Below, in pieces: positions 37,362 through 45,818 of a stretch of DNA of 64,000 nt. The stretch covers positions 15,636 through 79,635 of the IMG/VR virus record IMGVR_UViG_3300047483_000490. The stretch is one strand, 5' to 3'. The DNA is from a virus. The number at the start of each line of letters is the position of its first letter. The stretch's first letter is position 1. The notes under the pieces are model-generated. The model ran no database searches. It was not told the origin of the DNA and was given only the letters and a program-made list of their open reading frames with translations. Made by a program: the position numbers and the translations under genes.

Positions 37362-38089
37362 TGAAACCCATTCGTATCACCTTAATTTCTGACACTCACA
37401 CTAAACAATTAGAATTGTTGTTGGATGAAACAGATCTTCCGGGTGGAGATATATTAATTCATGCTGGAGACTTAATGAATTCTGGTAGAAATCCTGAAGA
37501 CATTACAGAGTTTTGTAAATGGTTTAATGGATTAAATCAATATGATCATAAGATATTTATTGCAGGTAATCATGATCGTATGTTTGAGAATAAACCAGAA
37601 GAAGCCATGGAAATTGTTAATTCATATAAATGGATTACATATTTACAAGACTCTTGGACTAAAATTGGTTTTAATGGTCAATTTAACGATGAAGAGATGG
37701 TTAAAATCTATGGTAGTCCATGGCAACCAGAATTTTATAGTTGGGCTTTTAACTTACCGAAAGGTGGTCCTGGTTTAATGTCAAAGTGGGAAGCAATACC
37801 AAAAGATACAGATATTTTAGTTACACATGGTCCACCACAAGATCATTTAGATATGAGTGGACCTCCATATAATGAACCGCATTTAGGCTGTGCCTTATTA
37901 AGAGAAAAAGTAGATGAACAACCTCCGAAAATACATGTATTCGGCCATATTCACGGAGGATACGGCTACAAATTTCACAATGGAACTCATTTCTTTAATG
38001 CTTCTATTTTAAATGAAAGATATGATTATGTCAACAAGCCAGTTACGTTTGATTGGAATCCAGAGACAAATGAAGTTGTATTTATATAA
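37361..38089 (+). CDS. Calcineurin-like metallophosphoesterase
   Basis: SDTH, HAGD, AGNHD, THGPP, GHIH. Confidence 0.93.
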   Translation: MKPIRITLISDTHTKQLELLLDETDLPGGDILIHAGDLMNSGRNPEDITEFCKWFNGLNQYDHKIFIAGNHDRMFENKPEEAMEIVNSYKWITYLQDSWTKIGFNGQFNDEEMVKIYGSPWQPEFYSWAFNLPKGGPGLMSKWEAIPKDTDILVTHGPPQDHLDMSGPPYNEPHLGCALLREKVDEQPPKIHVFGHIHGGYGYKFHNGTHFFNASILNERYDYVNKPVTFDWNPETNEVVFI

Positions 38090-38117
38090 AAATGTTCGTA
38101 ACTTTTAAAAATAATTA

Positions 38118-38159
38118 AGCCCAGATTTTTTAGTTTGGGCTTTTTTGTGTATATTTACA
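38118..38159 (+). promoter_or_regulatory. Class I promoter, stem-loop variant
   Basis: Near-identical to 27806..27890. Confidence 0.7.
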
Positions 38160-38310
38160 GAGTAATTAAAAACAAACAGAACATGAAAATATTAAAAGTT
38201 ACTAGAGATTTTGTAGAAGTTCTTTGGACAGATGATAATGAAATTGAATATATTCCATATCAAGAGTTTATTAAAAAACACGGAATTGAATCTTTAAAAA
38301 AATAAAAGTT

Positions 38311-39603
38311 ATGTACTTAGACGAAATACAAGAGTTTGTAGATGCTCAAAATTCTACCAATTCAAACACAGACAAGTTAAATGTGTTAAAAAAATATGCA
38401 GATAATGAGTCAGTTCGAAAAGCATTAGAATACACGTACAATACGTTTAAACAGTATGGTGTAACCTCAGAAAATTGTAAGAAGCTTAGTCATCTTTCAA
38501 GTTATGGTTATTCTTCTTTGTTTGACATATTAAATGATCTGAATTCTAGGTATCTAACTGGTCACAATGCAATTAGTGCAGTAAATGGCTTTGTCGCTGC
38601 GAATAAGAGACACGAGGACCTTATATTCTCTATCATAGACAGAAACTTAAAGACAAGATCGACTGCGTCTATGATTAACAAAGTGATTCCTGGACTGATT
38701 CCAACATTTGATGTGGCTTTAGCTAATTCTTTTGATGAGAAAATGGCCAAAAAAGTTAACTTTAACGAAGATAATTGGTATGTGAGTCGTAAATTAGATG
38801 GATGTCGTTGTATTTGTATCATTGATGAGAATGGTGAACCTAAATACTTTTCAAGAGCTGGAAATGAATTTCTAACTCTTAAGAATTTAGATGCTGAGAT
38901 CATTTCATTAGGTCTTAAAAACACAGTCATTGATGGTGAGATTTGTATGTTAGACGAGAATGGTAATGAGAATTTCCAAGGTATCATTAAAGAAATCAAA
39001 CGCAAAGATCACACAATCGAGAATCCTTTCTTTTACATGTTTGACATTTTGACATTAGAAGAATTTGTTAACAAAGAAGGAACTACACCATTTTCAATTA
39101 GAAATGTTCAATTAGACAATCTTTTCTTTGAAAGAGAATTTAAAAACATTGGTTATTTAGAGCAAAAATTATTAATTGACGAGAGAATGTTAACGCATTA
39201 TATCGGTTTAGCTAAAGAAAATAGCTGGGAAGGTTTAATGTTGCGTAAAGATGCTGCATATCAAGGTAAACGTAGCAATGATGTTTTAAAAGTAAAACAA
39301 TTCTATGACGCAGAATACGTAGTCGTTGATATTCAAAATGGACCATTTAGAGTAATTGTAGATGGTAAAGAAGTTGAAGAAGATGTAATGCGTAATGTTG
39401 TTATAGAACACAAAGGTTACAGAGTTGATGTTGGATCTGGATTTAATCTTGAACAACGAAGATTATACAAAGAAAATCCTGAGTTGATTCTTGGTAAACA
39501 AATCACAGTTCAATACTTTGAAGAATCACACAATCAAAATGGTGGAATTAGTTTAAGATTTCCAACGGTTAAAGCAATTTATGAAACTGAAAGAAATTTT
39601 TAA
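38311..39603 (+). CDS. lig: ATP-dependent DNA ligase
   Basis: KLDGCR, IDGEI, FDIL, EGLMLR, LKVK, VGSGF, LRFP. Confidence 0.95.
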   Translation: MYLDEIQEFVDAQNSTNSNTDKLNVLKKYADNESVRKALEYTYNTFKQYGVTSENCKKLSHLSSYGYSSLFDILNDLNSRYLTGHNAISAVNGFVAANKRHEDLIFSIIDRNLKTRSTASMINKVIPGLIPTFDVALANSFDEKMAKKVNFNEDNWYVSRKLDGCRCICIIDENGEPKYFSRAGNEFLTLKNLDAEIISLGLKNTVIDGEICMLDENGNENFQGIIKEIKRKDHTIENPFFYMFDILTLEEFVNKEGTTPFSIRNVQLDNLFFEREFKNIGYLEQKLLIDERMLTHYIGLAKENSWEGLMLRKDAAYQGKRSNDVLKVKQFYDAEYVVVDIQNGPFRVIVDGKEVEEDVMRNVVIEHKGYRVDVGSGFNLEQRRLYKENPELILGKQITVQYFEESHNQNGGISLRFPTVKAIYETERNF

Positions 39604-39606
39604 GCT

Positions 39607-39807
39607 ATGAAAAAAAGAAGCACATCAACCAAAGTTTGTTCAAATTGTTTAGAAGAATTTTCAGCAAATGAAATGTACACAGTAGCTAGAAAAAAGCACA
39701 GAGGTGTAGATCATGATCATGATGAATATTATTCGCCTTATTGTGAAACGTGCTTAGATGATACAGAATCGTATTTAAGAGTGATTGAAAAACCAATTCA
39801 AAAATAA
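39607..39807 (+). CDS. Small zinc-finger protein
   Basis: Two CxxC pairs. Confidence 0.6.
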   Translation: MKKRSTSTKVCSNCLEEFSANEMYTVARKKHRGVDHDHDEYYSPYCETCLDDTESYLRVIEKPIQK

Positions 39808-39813
39808 ATTAAG

Positions 39814-40095
39814 ATGGAAGAACAAGGTACATTATTAGAAGAAGCAGCATTTAAATTTTCACAAGATGCTAACTGTTTATCTGGCGAAGATGAATATGAA
39901 TTTCTAGAAATAGAAGCTGTCTCAAGTTTGGGGATAGATAGAGATAATGAATGTTTCTTTATTTTAAAGACAAAGAAATGGTCAGTAGATTCAGCTGAAG
40001 ATTTAGAAAAATTATTTGATAGAATCAGAGCTGTTGTAATCAAAGAAACCAAAGATGTCAAAACCCAAAATAAGCCTCGCACCACCAAAAAGTAA
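39814..40095 (+). CDS. Hypothetical protein
   Basis: ORF track. Confidence 0.65.
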   Translation: MEEQGTLLEEAAFKFSQDANCLSGEDEYEFLEIEAVSSLGIDRDNECFFILKTKKWSVDSAEDLEKLFDRIRAVVIKETKDVKTQNKPRTTKK

Positions 40096-40672
40096 AATAG
40101 AATTAAGAAACTATTTAAGATGGTTAAGTGAGGATTTTGAAGTTAAAATCTTAAACACAGATGATTTAATTGAAGGCGCTTTAGTTTTATGTGGAGGCCC
40201 AGATTTAGGCGCTAATTTAAAAAGAGATGCCTTTGAAATTAAATTAATAAGTCAAGCTGTAAAACAAAGATTGCCAATTTTAGGTGTTTGTAGAGGTATG
40301 CAGATCCTAAATTTCTTTTTAGGTGGAGATGTCAAAGACATTGATGAACTATTAGTCGAAGGACACCAAGCTGATGATTTTAAAAGTGATGATAATCATA
40401 ATAAAAAACAATCGCATTATCATTGGATTAAAGACATAGAAACCAGAGAAGTTTATATGGTTAATTCACGTCATCATCAATATTGTTCATATCTAAGCGA
40501 TGATTTAAAGGCAACGCATGTTGCATTAGATGGTTTAGTAGAAGCTTTTATTGGAAAAGAAGATAGTTATTTAGGTGTACAATGGCACCCTGAAAGAAGG
40601 GAAGGACCAATGCAAAGCTATCCAGAAATAATGCCAATCAAATGGTTGAAAAATAATTTGAAACAAAAATAA
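40055..40672 (+). CDS. Class I glutamine amidotransferase / peptidase C26
   Basis: LCGGPD, LGVCRGMQ, VNSRHHQ, GVQWHPE. Confidence 0.92.
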   Translation: MSKPKISLAPPKSKIELRNYLRWLSEDFEVKILNTDDLIEGALVLCGGPDLGANLKRDAFEIKLISQAVKQRLPILGVCRGMQILNFFLGGDVKDIDELLVEGHQADDFKSDDNHNKKQSHYHWIKDIETREVYMVNSRHHQYCSYLSDDLKATHVALDGLVEAFIGKEDSYLGVQWHPERREGPMQSYPEIMPIKWLKNNLKQK

Positions 40673-40717
40673 ACTTAGATATATAAATTATATTAATAAC
40701 AAAAATATTTATAAACC

Positions 40718-40891
40718 ATGACAGTAGCAATCATTATTATCGCAGTAGCAGCAGTTGCATATTTTATCTTTAAAGGTAAAAATAAAAAAGGTGGAAATAA
40801 ACCAAATAGCGGAGGTTCTTCTTACGGTGGAGGTTCTTATGTTGGACCAGATCTTGGAAATTCAGGTTACGGTTCAGACACTGGACGATAA
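40718..40891 (+). CDS. 57-aa single-pass membrane protein
   Basis: MTVAIIIIAVAAVAYFIFKGKNKK plus Gly/Ser tail; absent from ORF track. Confidence 0.65.
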   Translation: MTVAIIIIAVAAVAYFIFKGKNKKGGNKPNSGGSSYGGGSYVGPDLGNSGYGSDTGR

Positions 40892-40901
40892 TTAACATAT
40901 T

Positions 40902-40958
40902 AGGATGCTTCCAGCAAATTTACAAAACTTTATATGGAAAAGCAAAACATAGCATCCT
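40902..40958 (+). ncRNA. stem-CAGCAA RNA copy 1 (minimal form)
   Basis: AGGATGCT/AGCATCCT closing stem, TCCAGCAA, internal CTTT-ATATGGA-AAAG hairpin. Confidence 0.65.
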
Positions 40959-41033
40959 GTTTTTTAAAATTTAAGAGTATGGACGGAGCAGCAGAAATTC
41001 TAGATAGCAGAAGTCTCAGGTCCTAACTCTCTC

Positions 41034-41106
41034 GGGGCTGTGGTGAAATTGGCTATCATCACAGATTTGCATTCTGTAGTTCTCGGATCGTAACCGGGCA
41101 GCTCCA
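41034..41106 (+). tRNA. tRNA-Ala(UGC) with atypical T-loop
   Basis: G3:U70; ACAGA-TTTGCAT-TCTGT; T-loop ATCGTAA. Confidence 0.88.
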
Positions 41107-41108
41107 CT

Positions 41109-41140
41109 AAAAGACTTACATTAATTTGTAAGTCTTTTTT
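41109..41140 (+). terminator. Intrinsic terminator
   Basis: AAAAGACTTACA/TGTAAGTCTTTT plus T-tract. Confidence 0.85.
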
Positions 41141-41197
41141 ATTTATATTAATAGGGCTCGATTGCTATATTCTCCACATTTAATAGATATATAGAAT

Positions 41198-41956
41198 ATG
41201 GAAGAAATAATAAAATGCGAAGAGTGCGGAGAATTATTTATAAATAAAAAGATCAAAGCTAATCATGTACGATGGAAACACAGAGATCAAACTTTTTATA
41301 AAAATAAAGCATCTGGTATATTAAAAGAAGCTTACGCCGATAAACACGGTAAAATTATCACTGAAAATGTCATATGTTCTAATTTAAAATGTAATAAGAC
41401 TTTTTCGATAGAATATAGAACTGGCAAAAAGAAAGAAAAAAACTTCTGTTCTAGATCTTGTGCTAATTCAAGAGGATCTTTGTCTACTGAAACTAAACAA
41501 AAGATAGCAGATTCGTTAAAAAAAGAATTTAAACTTTGTACATGTAAAAATTGTAATAAGCAGTTTGAACACAGCAAAGAAAAATTATATTGTTCTAATG
41601 AATGCTATTCTAATTATAGAAAAAAAGATAGAACAGATCTTCGTAATTATAGATTAGAAGCCTCGTTTAATTTTAATATTTTTGACTATCCTGAAGAATT
41701 TGATTTAGAATTGATAAAAAAATACGGGTTTTATTCAGCTGCAAACAGAGGATGTAATTTAAATGGTATTAGCAGAGATCATGCATATAGCTGTAAAATG
41801 GGATTAATTAACAATATTGACCCAAAAATTTTAAGTCATCCTGCAAATTGTATATTAATGAGACATAATGATAATATTTCCAAACATTCTAATTCATCTA
41901 TTACAATCGAAGAATTATTAATAAAAATTGACAAATGGGATAAAAAATATAAATAA
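41198..41956 (+). mobile_element. Zinc-finger HNH-type homing endonuclease
   Basis: Multiple CxxC, FCSRSC and YCSNEC repeats; SRDH...HPANC....H..N.SK. Confidence 0.8.
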
Positions 41957-41980
41957 GGTTCGAATCTGGGTAGCTCCACT
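41957..41980 (+). repeat. Orphan 3' fragment of tRNA-Ala (T-loop plus acceptor 3' strand)
   Basis: GGTTCGAATCTGGGTAGCTCCACT versus GGATCGTAACCGGGCAGCTCCACT at 41085..41108. Confidence 0.8.
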
Positions 41981-41981
41981 G

Positions 41982-42013
41982 AAAAGGTTTCATTTAACGA
42001 TGAAACCTTTTTT
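41982..42013 (+). terminator. Intrinsic terminator
   Basis: AAAAGGTTTCAT/ATGAAACCTTTT plus T-tract. Confidence 0.85.
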
Positions 42014-42052
42014 ATTTAATAAGTATAATCATTAATTAAAAAATTAAACAAC

Positions 42053-42229
42053 ATGCAAAATTTAAATCAGATCGAAGAGATTCTTAACTCAATCAAAGAA
42101 GACGCAACTAAATTTTTCGAAAAAGGAAACAAAGCAGCTGGAACTAGAGTTCGTAAAGCAATGCAAGAAATCAAAGCATTAGCGCAAGCAGTTCGTACTG
42201 AAGTTTCAGAGAAAAACAAAGAAGCTTAA
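42053..42229 (+). CDS. Histone H1-like protein (Hc1 family, Bacteroidota type), 58 aa
   Basis: KFFEKGNKAAGTRVRKAMQEIK.LAQ..R; absent from ORF track. Confidence 0.85.
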   Translation: MQNLNQIEEILNSIKEDATKFFEKGNKAAGTRVRKAMQEIKALAQAVRTEVSEKNKEA

Positions 42230-42301
42230 TTTTTTTTGAAACAAACACTCTTTATTGAGTATAAACTTTACAATTAAATTTTAAAACTAAACAAACACAA
42301 A

Positions 42302-42466
42302 ATGAAAAAAGTATTTTTCGCAATCGCAGCTATCGTAGCAACAATCTCAATCGCTTCTTGTGGTAATGGAGCAACTTCAAAAACTGAAACTACTGATTCT
42401 ACAGCAGTTCAAGTTGATTCTACGCAAGTAGACACAGTTAGTGTTGACACTGTAACTGTAAAATAA
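42302..42466 (+). CDS. 54-aa lipoprotein with repeated D(S/T)(T/V) motifs
   Basis: MKKVFFAIAAIVATISIASC-GNGATSKTETTDSTAVQVDSTQVDTVSVDTVTVK; absent from ORF track. Confidence 0.8.
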   Translation: MKKVFFAIAAIVATISIASCGNGATSKTETTDSTAVQVDSTQVDTVSVDTVTVK

Positions 42467-42474
42467 ATCATTAA

Positions 42475-42615
42475 AGGTTTCTTACAGCAATTAAAATTCT
42501 ATAGGAACTGGTATCGAAAGATGTGTAGGTTCGAGTCCTACCTCTCCAACAAATTTTAAAATAATTGGAGAGTGGTGAAATTGGTAGACACGCTAGTCAG
42601 AAAAAACAGAAACCT
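42475..42615 (+). ncRNA. stem-CAGCAA RNA copy 2 containing a circularly permuted tRNA-Leu (YrlA-like)
   Basis: AGGTTTCT/AGAAACCT; order is variable arm, T-arm, CTCTCCA, linker, TGGAGAG, D-arm. Confidence 0.85.
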
Positions 42616-42625
42616 GAAAATTATT

Positions 42626-42684
42626 GGAATACCTACAGCAAGCTTACCAAACTTTGACTTTTACTCAAACCAAATGCGTATTCC
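42626..42684 (+). ncRNA. stem-CAGCAA RNA copy 3 carrying a tRNA-Lys(UUU)-like anticodon hairpin
   Basis: GGAATAC/GTATTCC; TACAGCAA; TTTGA-CTTTTAC-TCAAA. Confidence 0.7.
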
Positions 42685-42701
42685 GTTAAATTATTTTATA
42701 A

Positions 42702-42836
42702 AGGATGGTTCCAGCAACACATACAAATTAGGCTGTTAACCTCGTGGTCGTCGGTTCGAACCCGGCCTTTGAACACCGCCTTAAGTGGCACGTTCAGAGT
42801 AGCTCAGTTGGTAGAGCACGTACAAAAGCCCATCCT
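42702..42836 (+). ncRNA. stem-CAGCAA RNA copy 4 containing a circularly permuted tRNA-Asn (YrlA-like)
   Basis: AGGATGG/CCATCCT; AGG-CTGTTAA-CCT, T-arm, CTTTGAA, linker, TTCAGAG, D-arm TAGCTCAGTTGGTAGAGC. Confidence 0.85.
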
Positions 42837-42924
42837 GATAAATTAAAAGTGTGTCTTGGTCCGCTCTGGCGAAAGTTAACGACAAGGTCCCGGTTGGCAG
42901 AAGGCCTCTGATCCAACCCAAAAC

Positions 42925-42999
42925 GCAGCAATGGTATAACGGTTATCACACCGCCTTGCCAAGGCGGATATCGCAGTTCGATTCTGCGTTGCTGCTCCA
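42925..42999 (+). tRNA. tRNA-Gly(GCC)
   Basis: CCGCC-TTGCCAA-GGCGG; U73; CCA. Confidence 0.95.
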
Positions 43000-43192
43000 G
43001 TAGATTTTTTAGCGTGGCGTGGATTCAGCAGACTTGTTAAATCTTAAAAGAAACAAGATAAGGTAATAAGAATCAAGTTTGACAGTGATTATCTTTGAAC
43101 AACTGTACTGCTTTGGTGATCGATCGCCCGTTCCCAGTATCGAATGAAAACTCGTAAGGCAAGATGCAAAACTGTAGCGCATCACCAAAGTT

Positions 43193-43230
43193 AAAAGGGA
43201 ACCCGTGCACATGGTTCCCTTTTCTTTTTT
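43193..43230 (+). terminator. Intrinsic terminator
   Basis: AAAAGGGAACC/GGTTCCCTTTT plus T-tract. Confidence 0.85.
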
Positions 43231-43280
43231 AGATGAAACAAATTGACTTAAATAAATATAACAACTAAAATATATTTTAT

Positions 43281-43736
43281 ATGCTTAACATTTTCTCATA
43301 TTGGTACAACTTTCTTAGAGAGTTAAGACTACTTTACAAATACCGCAAAGCTGCATTATCTTTAAAAACTGAATTAGAATCAGAAGGTTTAAGAGTTGAT
43401 AATTTAGGTAGAATCTACACAGTTATCAATCTAAAAGAAGAGTTGTTAGCTCAACCAGAATTGATGCAGCAATCATATGTTTTAGGTCAATTAGGTCCTT
43501 TAACAAACATCTTAATGAAATACGGAATGGCTGATAGTTCATTTCCTGAAATTGAAAAAATCGAAGGTTCTGCTTCTTATTTGATCATTCTTTGGCCAGA
43601 AAGAGATTACGTAGACGTCGGTGAATTTATTACAAGTACAGCTATAACAGTTATTGTAGCATGCGTTACTTGGTTAGCATTTAAATTTGTACCTTGGGCT
43701 TGGGTAATAGCATCAGTACAACAATTTACTGCTTAA
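43281..43736 (+). CDS. Hypothetical protein with C-terminal TM helix
   Basis: LRVDNLGRIYTVIN; hydrophobic C-terminus. Confidence 0.7.
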   Translation: MLNIFSYWYNFLRELRLLYKYRKAALSLKTELESEGLRVDNLGRIYTVINLKEELLAQPELMQQSYVLGQLGPLTNILMKYGMADSSFPEIEKIEGSASYLIILWPERDYVDVGEFITSTAITVIVACVTWLAFKFVPWAWVIASVQQFTA

Positions 43737-44470
43737 TGAAAGAAAAGATTAAAAGAGTTGAGATTGATGGCATTAGACATTATCAAGTCAGTCAAGGCTC
43801 TAAAATTCTAGGCACATTTCCTTCAGTGACCGCTATTCTTGGTCAAACATCCGATAAATCAGGTTTAGACAAATGGAAAGCCAAGGTTGGCGAAGAAGAA
43901 GCCAATCGCATTTCTACCAATTCCATGAATAGAGGTACAGTCATGCACCGACTAATTGAGCTTTATAAACCACTTAAAGGTTCTAAAGAAGACAAATTAG
44001 CCATGTTAAAAACACTGATGTTAAACGATAAAGAAATCACAGACTTTGAGCAAACTTATATAGATCAAGGCTTTGAATTCTTTATGAAGTTCTACAACAA
44101 TTCAAGTTACTTTTTTGATAGAGTTAAAAAGGTTTTAGCCGCAGAAAAATTCTTGTGGTCAGTTAAAGCCGGTGGATATGCAGGCACGGTCGATAATGTG
44201 TCAGAGATGATGGATGAAACAATTATAGTTATCGACTATAAAAATTCTAGAAAGCCAAAAGAAGAACGATGGATCCAAGACTATTTCATACAAGCTTCAG
44301 CTTATGTAGTAGCTTATTGGGAAAGAACAGGAATTAGACCCAGAGGCGTAGAAATTTGGATAGCTAATGAATTAGATCTAAATCCACAAATATTTAAATT
44401 AAGCGAATCAGATATTAAAATTTATTTTAAACTGTTCCAAGAAAGATTAACGGCATTTAAACAACTTTAA
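43736..44470 (+). CDS. PD-(D/E)XK exonuclease (Cas4/RecB-like phage exonuclease)
   Basis: PSVT.IL, RGT.MH, YAGTVD, IDYK, Q..AY; TAATG start at 43736. Confidence 0.88.
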   Translation: MKEKIKRVEIDGIRHYQVSQGSKILGTFPSVTAILGQTSDKSGLDKWKAKVGEEEANRISTNSMNRGTVMHRLIELYKPLKGSKEDKLAMLKTLMLNDKEITDFEQTYIDQGFEFFMKFYNNSSYFFDRVKKVLAAEKFLWSVKAGGYAGTVDNVSEMMDETIIVIDYKNSRKPKEERWIQDYFIQASAYVVAYWERTGIRPRGVEIWIANELDLNPQIFKLSESDIKIYFKLFQERLTAFKQL

Positions 44471-44503
44471 TCAAATATATACAAAAAAATAAAAAATCTA
44501 ATC

Positions 44504-44776
44504 ATGGATAAATTAAACAATTTTTTAGCCAAACATGGCATTAAGGTAATTATCGTTTTATTGTTTTTAACGTATGTGAAATCTTGTAGCATTGACTCAG
44601 AATTAACTAAAGTTAAAAAACACTTAACAGTTATTGATTCTCTACCTACTCAAAAACAACTTCAAATTGAAGGTTTGAAAGCAGAAAAAAGAATGATTCA
44701 AGCAACTGACAGAAAAATGTTAGATGTACAACGTCAAACTGAAATCGACGCAGAGATAAAAAAACTAGAAAAATAA
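44504..44776 (+). CDS. Membrane-anchored coiled-coil protein
   Basis: N-terminal hydrophobic helix plus KSC. Confidence 0.65.
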   Translation: MDKLNNFLAKHGIKVIIVLLFLTYVKSCSIDSELTKVKKHLTVIDSLPTQKQLQIEGLKAEKRMIQATDRKMLDVQRQTEIDAEIKKLEK

Positions 44777-44982
44777 TGCCAATTGAAGAAAAATCTGAAG
44801 GGTTTGGTGACACTGTAGCAAAGTTCACAAAAGCTACGGGTTTGGATAAAGTTGCCAAAAAGGTTGCAAATGCATTAGGTGCAGAAGATTGTGGATGTGC
44901 TGAAAGGCAAAAAGATTGGAATGCAATGTGGCCTTATAGTAAAAAAAATACACAAGACAATGACACAACAAACTTTGGTTAA
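44776..44982 (+). CDS. Small conserved phage protein (G.GDTV.K.T..TG...DCGC..R...N)
   Basis: Motif recurrent in Bacteroidota phages (from recall). Confidence 0.7.
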   Translation: MPIEEKSEGFGDTVAKFTKATGLDKVAKKVANALGAEDCGCAERQKDWNAMWPYSKKNTQDNDTTNFG

Positions 44983-45041
44983 TAGATTTGTTTAAATTTT
45001 ATGTTTGTCTACTTTTGCATAATTATTAAGATATATATAAT

Positions 45042-45818
45042 ATGCAAATCTATAAAATAACAAATATGGTCAATGGTAAGATATACATTGGCAAAAATTC
45101 AACAAGTAGATCGGATTACATGGGATCAGGCGTCATTTTAAATGAAGCTAAACTAAAATATGGAATTAAAAATTTTAGAAAAGACATTGTAGAAGATAAT
45201 ATTGAAGATGTTAAAACTTTAAATGATCGTGAAATATATTGGATCAATTATTACAATTCACAAGATAGAAGTATTGGTTATAATAGAACAGAAGGTGGTG
45301 ATGGAAATAATGGAAAATGGAATGGAGATTCATTGACCGAAGATCATAAAGCTAATATTGGTAAAGCCATGAAAGGTAGAGAAATCACGTGGAAAGAAAA
45401 ACTAAGTGAAGCAAGAAAAAATTCAGATTCTGTTAAAGATTTATATAAAAATGAAGAATGGAGGTCTAAGATTTCAAATTCTCTCAAGGATATTAAGAAA
45501 ACTGAAGAACATATAAAAAATGTAAAAAATTCTATGCTTAATTCAGATAAACTTAAAGAGTCCAGGTCTTCTAATGAATTTAAAGAAAAATGTTCAATGT
45601 GGCAAAGAGGAAAGAAAAGAGATGATGAATATATGAAAAAATGGTTAGAAACCAAAAAAATAAATACTGCTAAAAGGGCCGAAATAGACAAAAAACGAGT
45701 ACTAAATATTCTAAGTAAACATGATTGGAATATAAAAGAAGCTGCTATAGAATTAAAATGTCATCTTCAAACTCTTAAATCTAAAATTAAAAAATATAAT
45801 TTAATAAATGAAAGATAA
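45042..45818 (+). mobile_element. Free-standing GIY-YIG homing endonuclease with NUMOD repeats and C-terminal HTH
   Basis: IYKITN..NGKIYIG, YMGSG, GYN.T.GGDG, WNI.EAA..L. Confidence 0.9.

Noticed and set aside
41034-41980. tmRNA spanning GGGGCTG...GCTCCA
   Set aside because: The 5' element has a complete D-arm and UGC anticodon arm and is followed by a terminator and an HNH gene; better explained as tRNA-Ala plus a duplicated 3' end
43736-44470. Cas4-like nuclease as part of a CRISPR system
   Set aside because: No other cas genes or array; stand-alone phage exonucleases of this type are common
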